DNA of 64,000 nucleotides from Candidatus Heimdallarchaeum endolithica (GTDB lineage Archaea; Asgardarchaeota; Heimdallarchaeia; Heimdallarchaeales; Heimdallarchaeaceae): NCBI GenBank assembly GCA_021513715.1, contig CP084167.1, positions 224,001 to 288,000 of the forward strand, read 5' to 3'. Shown piece by piece: positions 18,106 to 27,934 of this stretch (position 1 is its first letter; each line of letters starts with the position of its first letter). The notes under the pieces were generated by a model. It saw only the letters and a program-made list of their open reading frames with translations, ran no database searches and was not told where the DNA came from. The position numbers and the translations under genes were made by a program.

Positions 18106-21100
18106 ATGAAATTAAAAAGAAAATACCTTGTGTTTATTCTAATAGTAATGATCAGTATAAGTAGTAATTATTTTTTAGTGAATGGAGAAATAGATGATAA
18201 TTCAAAAGTTCAGGAAGAGATACTAGGTTATTTTCAAGCTTATGAATCTCTTGTTGATTTAGAAACAAGAGCATTATTAGATAGTCAAGGAAAATTACAT
18301 ATTTTTATTAAAATGGACTTAGAAAATCAATCTTTCACTATTTTTCATTTATTTGAGGGAAATTTATCAAAAGTTAAAACTGATTTGAGTTCAGGAACTA
18401 TTTTTAATGCTTTTAACATTGATGATAAAATTGTCTTATTCTATTCGTATCATGGTAATTTTGGACAATTCAATATTGACATGTATGTTTGGGAATCAAA
18501 CCAAAAAGAAAGCAATTCTCTAGTTTATCACTCAAGTTTTTTTGGAAATTATTTCATATATAATGTTCAACTAGTAGACAATGTTTTCTATCTACTATTT
18601 GCAGAACCGATGTTTGAATCAGCAATGGACGAGCATCCAACAACAAAATTCAAAAAATTAACTGTTTTTCTAAATGGAACTTCAACAACTAAAAACTGGT
18701 TTACTAATTTAGAATATAATGGAATTCAATCGTTTTTGATAGTTGATGGAGAGTTGGTTGCATTATACAAGTATATGTTCTTTCCAACAAGATTAATTGG
18801 TGTTTATATAATAAATGATGAACCATACTTAAGTAATTATATTACCTTCAATACTGACTATGATGTTTATTTATCGCTATTTAATCGTACTACGCTTAAT
18901 TTTGCACTAATTAAAGGATCAACTTTCTATACTCACAATTTTAAATTAAATGAAAGTTTATCATTTAAAAACTTCAGCGAATTTCAATTAGGAATGTATT
19001 CCTACTATGATTTTTATCATTATTCTTTTGATTCTTCAATTACATTTCTAATCAATCCAAATCCCCATTTACCACTCGACTCAAATAATACAAGAGGAGG
19101 CTTAATTACAGATTTTACGATTTTAAAATATAATGGGAAAAATATTTCTCAGCAGTTTATTGACATTCCTTTTACTTCCAACATCACAATTTTTGACTCT
19201 ACCTACATTAATTTTCAAACTCCTTCCACATTTTTAGTAAGTAGGACTCAAAGATTTACTGGTTCTCGTTTGATAAATAAAATAGTAATAGAACAAAACA
19301 TTTTTTCTTTGTTAATTTTTTCAAACACTAATATATCTACTAATTGGAATACAAAACCAGTAATTTACGATTTAACATTAGTTAACTTCTTTGAATATGT
19401 CTTTAAAATGCATTGGATTGAACTTACTGTTACATTTATCGTTATTATAATAGTAATAGCTATTTTCTATAAAAAAATGTTAAATCAAGCAAAAAAACTC
19501 TTTAAGTACTTATTAAGGCCAATAAAAACAGGAAAAAATAAATTTATTTTAATATTACTAAATTTATGGGTCTTTATTGTTAGTTCTCTAAGCCTACCCT
19601 TTGATTTATGGCGTTCAAATAAAAAGAGAGCAATAATAACAATATTAGGTTTATCAATTTTAGCGATGATAGTTTTTTCCTCTTCATCATTATTTTCACA
19701 TAAACAAAATATGATGATACAAAGATACTTAGAAGACGCTCATTTAGAAGAAGATGAAAAAGCCTCAGCTACCTTTTCAAGAATGCATAACGTTCTTTCA
19801 GCAAGATGGGGTAGAGTAAACGAATACTCTCCCTTCTATGAGAATTTTTCTTCAGCTGTTATGAACGAGATTCTTTCATCTATTGCTTTGCAGACTAAAG
19901 TTCTGAAAGATATAATTATTGATTCAGATTTTTCAATGCAAATGAGAATTTTATTCAAAAAGGATGCTGAAAGTTCAATTCAGAGCGTAGAATCATATTA
20001 TTCTCTTTCTAGCAACTACAAAAAAATTCTAGAAGAAATCTTGATTTCAGGCAGATTACCAGATAAAATAAATGAAATTATAATCGATGAAACTACTGCA
20101 ATAGCTTTTAACAAAACAGTCAATGATACTATAATCTTTGTTGGCGCAGATGTTTCTGTGGGAGGACTAAAAGAAAGAGTAAACATGACTATTGTAGGTA
20201 TATATGAAAAACCTACAGAACCCGCGCTTTTTAAAATGAGTAGAGATTTTGGTTTATCTTATGATCTTGTAAAAATGATATCACAATATATTGGAGCAAT
20301 AACCTTTAATGATTTTTATTTATCAAGTTTGAAAACTATGCCTGTTCAACATCTCAAATTTGATGGAACTATTCAATTTTTCTATGACTTCTCTTTGGTT
20401 AATTCTAAGAATATGGGACAACTAATAGAGGATTTTAACACCTTACAACCAGGCTATGATCACCCTGTTAATTTTGACTTAGGGGGTTCTTGGGTCATCT
20501 CAACTGAATTAAAATTAGTTTTATTGAGCTTGGTTCCTTCTTATTCATCTACCCAGTTTCTACTTGTATTATTGTCAATTCCTGTTCTCTATTTAGCTCT
20601 GTTCTTAATTTTTGAAACCAATGCCTTATTTGCAACAAGTTTTGATGAAGAAATAAAGATTCTTCGTTCTAAAGGACTATCTACTGCAAAAATAGTTTAT
20701 CTTAATACTGTTATGAAATTTGTAGAATCGCTCATTGCAACCTTTTTAGGTCTAGGAGAAGCAATCCTTATTATTCCTCTTCTTCTTAAATTAGACAAAT
20801 TTGTTTCTTTCAATTTAGATAGTATAATGCCTTCTTTTAAGAATTTACCTTTAATTTTCATAGTTTCATTCTTTGGATTGATAGTTATTACCTTACCTTT
20901 AACAATACGCATGGCTAAAATAAAGAAAGAGCAAATAAGAGATTATAACAAATTTGTCTCTTTCCTTAAGAAGGTAAAAATAGGTAACTACTTCATTATT
21001 GCTGTTGGAGGAGGAATAATTTATGGAGGATTTAAACTCTACCAAACTTTTAGTGAAAATCTCTCTTCGTCTGAGAACCAACTGATTAACATCTTTGTTT

Positions 21101-22383
21101 ATATTATTGGAATAGGAGTAATGATAACTTTATTTGGTTTAGGATTGATTTTAAAAGATTTTCACTCTTTTATTATGGCAGTTTTAAGCAAAACATTGTG
21201 GAAAATTAAAAAGAATATGTTTACATTCTCACTAGTTGAAGTAAAAACAGATATCTCATTATTTAATGATATTTTCTTAACTTACTTACTTTTAGTGGGA
21301 ATTGCTGTTCCTGCAATAGCAGCACCATTAACTATGCAAAATGGCATATTGGAAGATTCTTACTTTATGTCAGGATCTGATATGTACATAAACAATTACA
21401 ATAAGGTTAATTCTAGTATAAGCAACGAAATTGAAGCTCTCCCAGAAGTAGTAGATATTTGCAATGTTTCTCAAGTTGATGCAATGTTTGGAGGAAGACA
21501 GTTAAATTTACTAGTAATTCAAAATGCTTCAGACTTCTATAATACAGCATATAAACCTTCAGAAAGGTTTTTCAAAAATTGGGATGACATAATTCCTCAA
21601 TTGGATAATGAAAAAGAGATAATTGTTTCTAGTAATTTCAAGTTTTTCTTTGATATTAGTGAAATGAAATACCTATTCAACGATATTGAAATGAAGATAA
21701 TAGATGAGTTTGACTATTTCCCTATAATTTATCCTTATGGACCACGAGAATCAGGTGGTACACCTATGATTGTTCTTACAGAAAGCAACTATGAAAAAAT
21801 AGAAGAAAGTTTAACCATTTTTGGGATATTTGGTTATAGATTGTTAATAAATGTTGCAGACAAAACTGATATTGTCCAATTTTCTTCAAGTTTGGAAGAG
21901 AAATACAATCTAGAGATCATCAATGTAGTAGAAAAAGAACATGAAATTTACCAATCCAACCTTCCTTTTTATTCTTCTATAGTCTCAATATTTGTTTTTT
22001 CATTATTAATTTGTACCATTTCAATAATATTTACAAGTATGAGCAATCCTCTTAAGATATTACAGAGAAGAATGGGCAAACATGATATTCTTAAAAAGAT
22101 GGGTATTCCTAACAAACTTATAATTCAGATGAGTTCTTTTGAATTATTTATGATTGGAATACTTCCAGGTCTAATTGGTGGTACAGCGGTAGGTTTTACA
22201 ATCACTGAAATAATTCGCAGGGTGTTAAGAAGTCTCAGAGAGGAGATGTTACCCAATCCTGTTCAATTCCCACCTGTTATTGCTTTAATGATCTTTCTAG
22301 TTATTCCTGCTATGTTTTTCTCAATATTCTATATAACAATGAAAATGCAATTTGCAAGATATCAACCTATGAATTTGGAGTGA
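18106..22383 (+). CDS. Giant FtsX/MacB-like ABC permease with large N-terminal extracellular domain (copy A)
   Basis: Signal peptide, ~400-aa beta-rich ectodomain, SGRLPDKINEIIID, EIKILRSKGLS, GSDMYI, DILKKMGIP...FELF (two FtsX halves). Confidence 0.88.
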   Translation: MKLKRKYLVFILIVMISISSNYFLVNGEIDDNSKVQEEILGYFQAYESLVDLETRALLDSQGKLHIFIKMDLENQSFTIFHLFEGNLSKVKTDLSSGTIFNAFNIDDKIVLFYSYHGNFGQFNIDMYVWESNQKESNSLVYHSSFFGNYFIYNVQLVDNVFYLLFAEPMFESAMDEHPTTKFKKLTVFLNGTSTTKNWFTNLEYNGIQSFLIVDGELVALYKYMFFPTRLIGVYIINDEPYLSNYITFNTDYDVYLSLFNRTTLNFALIKGSTFYTHNFKLNESLSFKNFSEFQLGMYSYYDFYHYSFDSSITFLINPNPHLPLDSNNTRGGLITDFTILKYNGKNISQQFIDIPFTSNITIFDSTYINFQTPSTFLVSRTQRFTGSRLINKIVIEQNIFSLLIFSNTNISTNWNTKPVIYDLTLVNFFEYVFKMHWIELTVTFIVIIIVIAIFYKKMLNQAKKLFKYLLRPIKTGKNKFILILLNLWVFIVSSLSLPFDLWRSNKKRAIITILGLSILAMIVFSSSSLFSHKQNMMIQRYLEDAHLEEDEKASATFSRMHNVLSARWGRVNEYSPFYENFSSAVMNEILSSIALQTKVLKDIIIDSDFSMQMRILFKKDAESSIQSVESYYSLSSNYKKILEEILISGRLPDKINEIIIDETTAIAFNKTVNDTIIFVGADVSVGGLKERVNMTIVGIYEKPTEPALFKMSRDFGLSYDLVKMISQYIGAITFNDFYLSSLKTMPVQHLKFDGTIQFFYDFSLVNSKNMGQLIEDFNTLQPGYDHPVNFDLGGSWVISTELKLVLLSLVPSYSSTQFLLVLLSIPVLYLALFLIFETNALFATSFDEEIKILRSKGLSTAKIVYLNTVMKFVESLIATFLGLGEAILIIPLLLKLDKFVSFNLDSIMPSFKNLPLIFIVSFFGLIVITLPLTIRMAKIKKEQIRDYNKFVSFLKKVKIGNYFIIAVGGGIIYGGFKLYQTFSENLSSSENQLINIFVYIIGIGVMITLFGLGLILKDFHSFIMAVLSKTLWKIKKNMFTFSLVEVKTDISLFNDIFLTYLLLVGIAVPAIAAPLTMQNGILEDSYFMSGSDMYINNYNKVNSSISNEIEALPEVVDICNVSQVDAMFGGRQLNLLVIQNASDFYNTAYKPSERFFKNWDDIIPQLDNEKEIIVSSNFKFFFDISEMKYLFNDIEMKIIDEFDYFPIIYPYGPRESGGTPMIVLTESNYEKIEESLTIFGIFGYRLLINVADKTDIVQFSSSLEEKYNLEIINVVEKEHEIYQSNLPFYSSIVSIFVFSLLICTISIIFTSMSNPLKILQRRMGKHDILKKMGIPNKLIIQMSSFELFMIGILPGLIGGTAVGFTITEIIRRVLRSLREEMLPNPVQFPPVIALMIFLVIPAMFFSIFYITMKMQFARYQPMNLE

Positions 22384-24122
22384 TAAGAATGATACAATGT
22401 ATTGATTTATTTAAAATTTATTTCGATCCTCATTCAGATTACAAGGTCGCTGCATTAAGAGGATTGGATCTATTTGTAGAAAAAGGTGATCTTGTAAGTA
22501 TAGTCGGTCCTTCAGGAGCAGGAAAAACTACATTAATCAAGATTTTGTCAGGATTAGAGGATATTACAGGAGGATCTGTTATTATTGATGAACACCACCT
22601 AGAAAAAATGTCTCAAAAACAACTTAGAGAGTTCAGATTTAGATACATTGGTTTGATTAATCAAAACATTAGTGACAACCTATTTTCTAATCTTTCTGTT
22701 GAAAAGAATCTAATAATCCACAAAAAGTTATTTTACATTCCAAGAGAACAAGCAAGAAAAGAAATCAGAGAAATTCTAAAACTATTAAATTTATATCACG
22801 TGCGTAACAACCTCGTCTCTCGTATTTCTGGAGGAGAAGCTATGCGCTTGTCCCTAGGTGCAGCTTTAGCTAAAAACCCTAAGTTTTTACTCCTTGATGA
22901 ACCTACAGGTCAATTGGATACAAAACATACTAAAGAGGTTATTAATACTATTAAAGATATTAACGAAAACACTGGAAAAACTATTGTAGTTGTGACACAT
23001 GATATACGCTTTAGAAACATATTCAAACACAGCTTTATTATTAGAGATGGAAGGTTAGTAGGAGTAAGCCAAGATATGGAAAAAGATAAACTTGAATTTA
23101 TGACTAGTTCTTCAACAAACAATAGGGCTTATTTAGACAAAAATAACCTTCTCAGAATACCAGATCAAATAAAAATGAAAACTAAACTTTATGATGTAGT
23201 TGAATTTGATGCTCATCCTGCTGGTTCTCTCGGTTTATTTTGGAATCCAGACATTGTAAATAGAGAAGAGATTTATAAAATTCTGAATAAGCCAGTTGAT
23301 GAAGCTATTAAAGAATCTCGAGAAATTTCATATGAAGAGATTGAAGGAATCATCAGTAGGAAATTTAACTTCACAGAGAGCGGAGAAAGCATTTTGCAAC
23401 TAAAGGGAGTATCAAAGGGATATCACTCTCCAGCAGGTTACAATCAAGTAATAAAAAACATTAATTTAGAAATTGAGAAGGGAGATCTCGTGATGATAAC
23501 AGGTCCCAGTGGAGTAGGAAAAACTACTCTCTTTAATTGTATAACAGGGTTAGTAAAAGCAGATGAAGGAGAGATAATCATTAATAATGTCTCACTTCAT
23601 GATAAAGATGAGTATGAAACCTCAATGTTCAGATTAAAAAATATTGCCTATATTACCCAGCATAACAATCTCTTTGAGCCTGTTACAGTTAAAGATAACC
23701 TTCTTGTTCCCTATTTGTTTTCTAAATTAAAGTATGATGAAGAATACTCACTAAATATGGTTGAGGAATGCCAAATAAAACATAAACTAGAAGCCTATCC
23801 TGATGAGCTTTCTGCAGGAGAAAAGCAGCGAGCTTCCTTATCACTTGCATTAACAAGAAAGACACCTATTCTAATAGGAGATGAACCAACGGCTAATTTA
23901 GATAGTGATTTAGCTAGAGCAATAATTGATGTTTTGATGGATGTAGCTGAAAAACTAAAAACAACCGTTATTATTTGTTCCCATGATCTCAGTTTGCTAA
24001 GACCAGGAATGAGACATATAGTCTTAGAAAAGGGCGGAATTCAGTCAGATAAGCGTATAACAAAGAAGGATTTGAAAGAAATAATAGAGTACTTCTTACA
24101 AGTAAAAATAAATGATAAATAA
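22380..24122 (+). CDS. LolD/MacB-like ABC ATPase with two fused NBDs (copy A)
   Basis: GPSGAGKTT/ISGGE/LLLDEPTG/VTHD and GPSGVGKTT/LSAGE/LIGDEPTA/CSHD; GTGA overlap with the permease. Confidence 0.93.
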   Translation: MIRMIQCIDLFKIYFDPHSDYKVAALRGLDLFVEKGDLVSIVGPSGAGKTTLIKILSGLEDITGGSVIIDEHHLEKMSQKQLREFRFRYIGLINQNISDNLFSNLSVEKNLIIHKKLFYIPREQARKEIREILKLLNLYHVRNNLVSRISGGEAMRLSLGAALAKNPKFLLLDEPTGQLDTKHTKEVINTIKDINENTGKTIVVVTHDIRFRNIFKHSFIIRDGRLVGVSQDMEKDKLEFMTSSSTNNRAYLDKNNLLRIPDQIKMKTKLYDVVEFDAHPAGSLGLFWNPDIVNREEIYKILNKPVDEAIKESREISYEEIEGIISRKFNFTESGESILQLKGVSKGYHSPAGYNQVIKNINLEIEKGDLVMITGPSGVGKTTLFNCITGLVKADEGEIIINNVSLHDKDEYETSMFRLKNIAYITQHNNLFEPVTVKDNLLVPYLFSKLKYDEEYSLNMVEECQIKHKLEAYPDELSAGEKQRASLSLALTRKTPILIGDEPTANLDSDLARAIIDVLMDVAEKLKTTVIICSHDLSLLRPGMRHIVLEKGGIQSDKRITKKDLKEIIEYFLQVKINDK

Positions 24123-24193
24123 TCATCTTTTTACTTTTTTATCGATAGAAGAAATAGTTTAAAATAGACAACTGATTCTTTCTATCGAACGAA

Positions 24194-25732
24194 ATGAAAC
24201 AAACTTTAGAACTATATTTTGTTACAAGCGGAGAATTACCTAAAGAGAGTATAGAAGATTTAAAACAGTTTATTTTGAAATATGAGCAAGATCTTAATTC
24301 TAAGCGCCCTAAAGGAAAATTCAACATTGAACTTTCCGAGATAAAAGATAAGAAAATATTTCTGTTACTCAATTCAACAGAATCATATGCTCCACACACT
24401 ATTGTTTTACGAATGAGAAAACAGTTAGCTCAAGAGATAGGTAAGAAATACAAAATTGGTCTAAGAGGATTTAAATTTACTAAATATCAAATAGAGAAAA
24501 AACTTAAACTTGAACCAAAGAGAGAATTTACTTTGCCTTTAACCTCAAAACTGGATTTTTTCAAGAAAGAAGATGAACCTTGGGTAAGAATAGAAATAGA
24601 CCCTGAAATTGAAGAGGATTTTGTTGAAAAAGGAGCAATAGAACGAATATTAAGAAGAATAAATGATAAAATATCAAAAGATTATCATGGAGCCAAAAAA
24701 GAACACCATACTGTTGCTTGGTACTCTGGAGAAAAAAATTTGCTAACTTCTAAGAATCCTACAAAAATTCTCGAAAAAGAAGGATGGATTAAAAGAACAA
24801 ATTATAGAAATCAATGGATTTTAACTCCCTCTATCACTGCAGTCGTTGAAGCGATAAAGAAAATAATGGTTGACCACATATATACTCCACTTAATTATCA
24901 GAAAATGATGATACCTAAACTGGTTGACTGGTCTATATGGCTTCGCTCTGGACATGCAGAAGGTATGTTTCAAGGGGGTTTTGAACCTTACTTTGTTGTT
25001 CAACCAAAAAGCGCCAGCCCAGAATATTTTGAGGAAATAGCTGACTATATAACAATAACAAAAACAATTCCTGAAGATAAACTATACGAAAAAATTACGC
25101 CCCCAATTGGAGGATTATCATATGCTCAATGTCCACCTTTTTGGGCTTGGCTTCAAGGAAAAACAATTGCAAAAGATAGCTTACCAATCCTAGTTTATGA
25201 TTGGAGTGGACCAACATATAGATACGAATCTGGTTCTGCTTATGGTTTTGAAAGAGTAGACGAATTGCACAGAATTGAAACTCTGTTTATTGGCACTCCT
25301 AAGCAAGTAAAAGAAGTGGCAACTGAAACAAGAAAGAAATTGAGAGAAGTTTTTGATAAAATCTTTGATTTAGAAGTAAGAGAAGCAAAAGTGATGCCTT
25401 GGTGGTTAGAACAATCTGCAAAAGATGAAGATGAAGAAGAAGATATGCTTGTTGGTACTATCGATTTTGAAGCTTATATGCCTTATAGGGGTTCAAGAGA
25501 TGAAAGTGAATGGCTAGAAATCCAGAATATATCAATTATAGGAGACAAATATCCAAGAGGTTTTAGTGTAAAAACTGAAGGAGGAAAAGATCTTTGGTCA
25601 GGTTGTGGCGGAGGAAGCTTTGAGCGATTTATCACTGCCTTTGTTTCTCAAAAAGGAATAAAAATTGATGAATGGCCTGAACCCTTCCTTAAATATTTAG
25701 ATAATATCCCCGAACCTCCCAAATTCCTTTAA
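24194..25732 (+). CDS. serS: Seryl-tRNA synthetase, methanogen (atypical, Zn-dependent) type
   Basis: YAQCPPFW, DWSGPTYRYESG..GFERVDELHRIE, WLEIQN, WSGCGGGSFER; N-terminal domain PHTIVLRMRKQLAQEIGKKYKIGLRG rather than the bacterial-type coiled coil. Confidence 0.9.
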   Translation: MKQTLELYFVTSGELPKESIEDLKQFILKYEQDLNSKRPKGKFNIELSEIKDKKIFLLLNSTESYAPHTIVLRMRKQLAQEIGKKYKIGLRGFKFTKYQIEKKLKLEPKREFTLPLTSKLDFFKKEDEPWVRIEIDPEIEEDFVEKGAIERILRRINDKISKDYHGAKKEHHTVAWYSGEKNLLTSKNPTKILEKEGWIKRTNYRNQWILTPSITAVVEAIKKIMVDHIYTPLNYQKMMIPKLVDWSIWLRSGHAEGMFQGGFEPYFVVQPKSASPEYFEEIADYITITKTIPEDKLYEKITPPIGGLSYAQCPPFWAWLQGKTIAKDSLPILVYDWSGPTYRYESGSAYGFERVDELHRIETLFIGTPKQVKEVATETRKKLREVFDKIFDLEVREAKVMPWWLEQSAKDEDEEEDMLVGTIDFEAYMPYRGSRDESEWLEIQNISIIGDKYPRGFSVKTEGGKDLWSGCGGGSFERFITAFVSQKGIKIDEWPEPFLKYLDNIPEPPKFL

Positions 25733-25794
25733 CATTCATTTTTTTCTTTTTTTATCAAAAATAATTTATATTGCTTGTTCAAATAATATTTGAA

Positions 25795-26823
25795 ATGAAA
25801 AAAGTAATTGATTTGCGTTCTGACACCTTAACTTTACCGCCTAAAGAGATGTTAGAAACAATTTTAACAGCTAAATTAGGCGATGATGTTTGGAGAGAAG
25901 ATCCTACTGTTCAAGAATTGGAAGCTTTAGCAGCTAAAAAATTAGGTAAACAAGCAGGGTTATTGGTTACTAGTGGAACCCAAGGAAATTTAGTTTCAGA
26001 GATGACTCATTTAAACAAAGGAGAAGGAATAATTTTAGAGGAAGAAAGCCACATCTACTTGTACGAAGCTGGTGGTATAGCATCAATAGTCGGAGCTTTA
26101 CCTTATTTGATCAAAGGAGAAAACGGTTTAATGGATGTTAAAGACATTGAAGCGATTCTTTCTAGACCGTATAATGTTCATTTTGCTGACCCTAAATTAG
26201 TTTGCATTGAAAATACTCACAATAGAGGGGGAGGAAGAGTTATTCCTAAATCAAACATGGACGAAATAGCAAAAATGGCTCATGAATATGATGTTCCTGT
26301 ACATATTGATGGAGCTAGATTATTTAATGCTTCTGTGGCATTAAATATTTCTCCTGCAAAACTAGTAGAACATGCAGATTCAATTCAGATTTGTCTAAGT
26401 AAAGGACTTGCATGCCCAATTGGTTCAATAATTGTAGGAACAGAAGAGTTCATAGAAAAAGCTAGAAAAAATAGAAAAAGGGTAGGTGGAGGAATGAGAC
26501 AAGCAGGGGTTATTGCTGCTCCAGGAATATATGCTCTTACTCATATGATAGATAGATTAAAAGAGGATCATAAACATGCTAAGATGATAGAAAAAGTTCT
26601 TAAAGAAAAGGAGGATATAATTGTCAAACCTGTGGATACAAATATCGTAATTATTGACCTCTCAAAGTCAGAATGGAGTGCAGAAACTTTAAGTAAAGAA
26701 CTAGAAAAACAAGGAATTTTGGTTACACAAATGGGAACCAAATTAATTCGTTTTGTAACTCACTTTAATATAAATAGAGAAGATATTGAAAATGTTATAA
26801 AAACTATCTCAGAGGTTTTTTAA
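25795..26823 (+). CDS. ltaE: Low-specificity L-threonine aldolase (PLP)
   Basis: IDLRSDT, GDDVWREDPTV, SGTQGN, ENTHNRGGG, HIDGARLFNA, CLSKGL, GGGMRQAG. Confidence 0.95.
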   Translation: MKKVIDLRSDTLTLPPKEMLETILTAKLGDDVWREDPTVQELEALAAKKLGKQAGLLVTSGTQGNLVSEMTHLNKGEGIILEEESHIYLYEAGGIASIVGALPYLIKGENGLMDVKDIEAILSRPYNVHFADPKLVCIENTHNRGGGRVIPKSNMDEIAKMAHEYDVPVHIDGARLFNASVALNISPAKLVEHADSIQICLSKGLACPIGSIIVGTEEFIEKARKNRKRVGGGMRQAGVIAAPGIYALTHMIDRLKEDHKHAKMIEKVLKEKEDIIVKPVDTNIVIIDLSKSEWSAETLSKELEKQGILVTQMGTKLIRFVTHFNINREDIENVIKTISEVF

Positions 26824-26903
26824 CTATAAAAGCAACATTTTTTATTTTTCATTATGCATTAACAAAGTCTTTTTATAGTTTTCAGTCTAGTATATTTTGA
26901 TAT

Positions 26904-27845
26904 TTGATGTCAATTGATGAGTACCTAGACAGTTTATTATCTGAAGGATCTTCCCCTACAAAAACTGCAATCGCAAAATTAACTAGACTACTTGAAAATT
27001 TTGGAAGTATTATGATTAAATCTACAGAAAGAATTGAAGATGCTATTAATGAATTAGATGCAAGAATAACAGCTTTAGAAAATAAATTAGGAGGAGCACC
27101 AGGAGGAGGAATGAGGATGCCTAGTGCTCCAAGTATAGGAGGAGGTACACCAAGTCCTTCAATACCTTCTGCACCTAACTTGAGTTCTGGACCAACTTCA
27201 GGACCAAATTTAGGAGGGGGAGGTACCCCAGCTCCCAATCTAAGTGGAGCTCCTGCACCAGCACCAAATCTAGGAGCAGGACCAGGTTCGCCTGGATTTG
27301 CAAGTGAAATAGCTAATGCTGCAAAATCTTTACAAAAAGCTCCTGTACAACAATCACCAGCCCCCGGCGGACCAGGACCTATGGGAGGTGGAGGAGTAGG
27401 ACCATTAGGTGGACCAACAGCATCAGCGATTTTGGAAGCTAAAGCAAAATTACAAAAAGCTCCTGTACAACAATCATCAACCCCCGGCGGACCAGGACCT
27501 ATGGGAGGTGGAGGAGTAGGACCATTAGGTGGACCATCAGCATCAGCGATTTTGGAAGCTAAAGCAAAGTTAAAGAAAGTTGATCCTGATGCTCATAAGA
27601 AGGAGAGAGAAGAAGCAGCACAAGTATCAAGACCTCTTTCTCCACAACAAGCATTACTCTCTGAGGTTAAAGCAGCTCAACAAAAGAGATCTCAACGAAT
27701 GGAAGAATCAGAAGAAGCTAGTGTAGTATCAGAACCTACTCCAGCTACTCCAAAGAAATCAACAAAACAAATGAAAGAATCGCTTCAAAATGAATTAAGA
27801 GCAGCTTTCAGTAGTTTATTAAATGATGATGAAGAAGAAAAATGA
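26904..27845 (+). CDS. Coiled-coil / Pro-Gly-rich protein with three WH2-like motifs and an acidic C-terminus (candidate actin regulator)
   Basis: N-terminal heptads IEDAINELDARITALENKL; Pro/Gly-rich linker; FASEIANAAKSLQKA, TASAILEAKAKLQKA, SASAILEAKAKLKKV; QQALLSEVKAAQQKRSQR; C-terminus LQNELRAAFSSLLNDDEEEK. Confidence 0.65.
   Translation: MMSIDEYLDSLLSEGSSPTKTAIAKLTRLLENFGSIMIKSTERIEDAINELDARITALENKLGGAPGGGMRMPSAPSIGGGTPSPSIPSAPNLSSGPTSGPNLGGGGTPAPNLSGAPAPAPNLGAGPGSPGFASEIANAAKSLQKAPVQQSPAPGGPGPMGGGGVGPLGGPTASAILEAKAKLQKAPVQQSSTPGGPGPMGGGGVGPLGGPSASAILEAKAKLKKVDPDAHKKEREEAAQVSRPLSPQQALLSEVKAAQQKRSQRMEESEEASVVSEPTPATPKKSTKQMKESLQNELRAAFSSLLNDDEEEK
27331..27570 (+). repeat. Intragenic tandem repeat, 2 x 120 bp (40 aa)
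   Basis: Units 27331-27450 and 27451-27570 differ at 4 positions by my count. Confidence 0.97.
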
Positions 27846-27934
27846 ACAAATTCTTATTCTTCAGTCCCTTTTATTAAAAATATGAGCCCATCTTGTCTTT
27901 GATTATAATTAATTTATTATTTATGTGGTAGAAA

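Noticed and set aside
26882-27238. 118-aa Pro/Gly-rich minus-strand ORF
   Set aside because: Antisense shadow of the GGA/CCA-rich plus-strand gene, which has the coherent domain structure.
27090-27540. Collagen-like interpretation of the Gly/Pro region
   Set aside because: No sustained Gly-X-Y periodicity.
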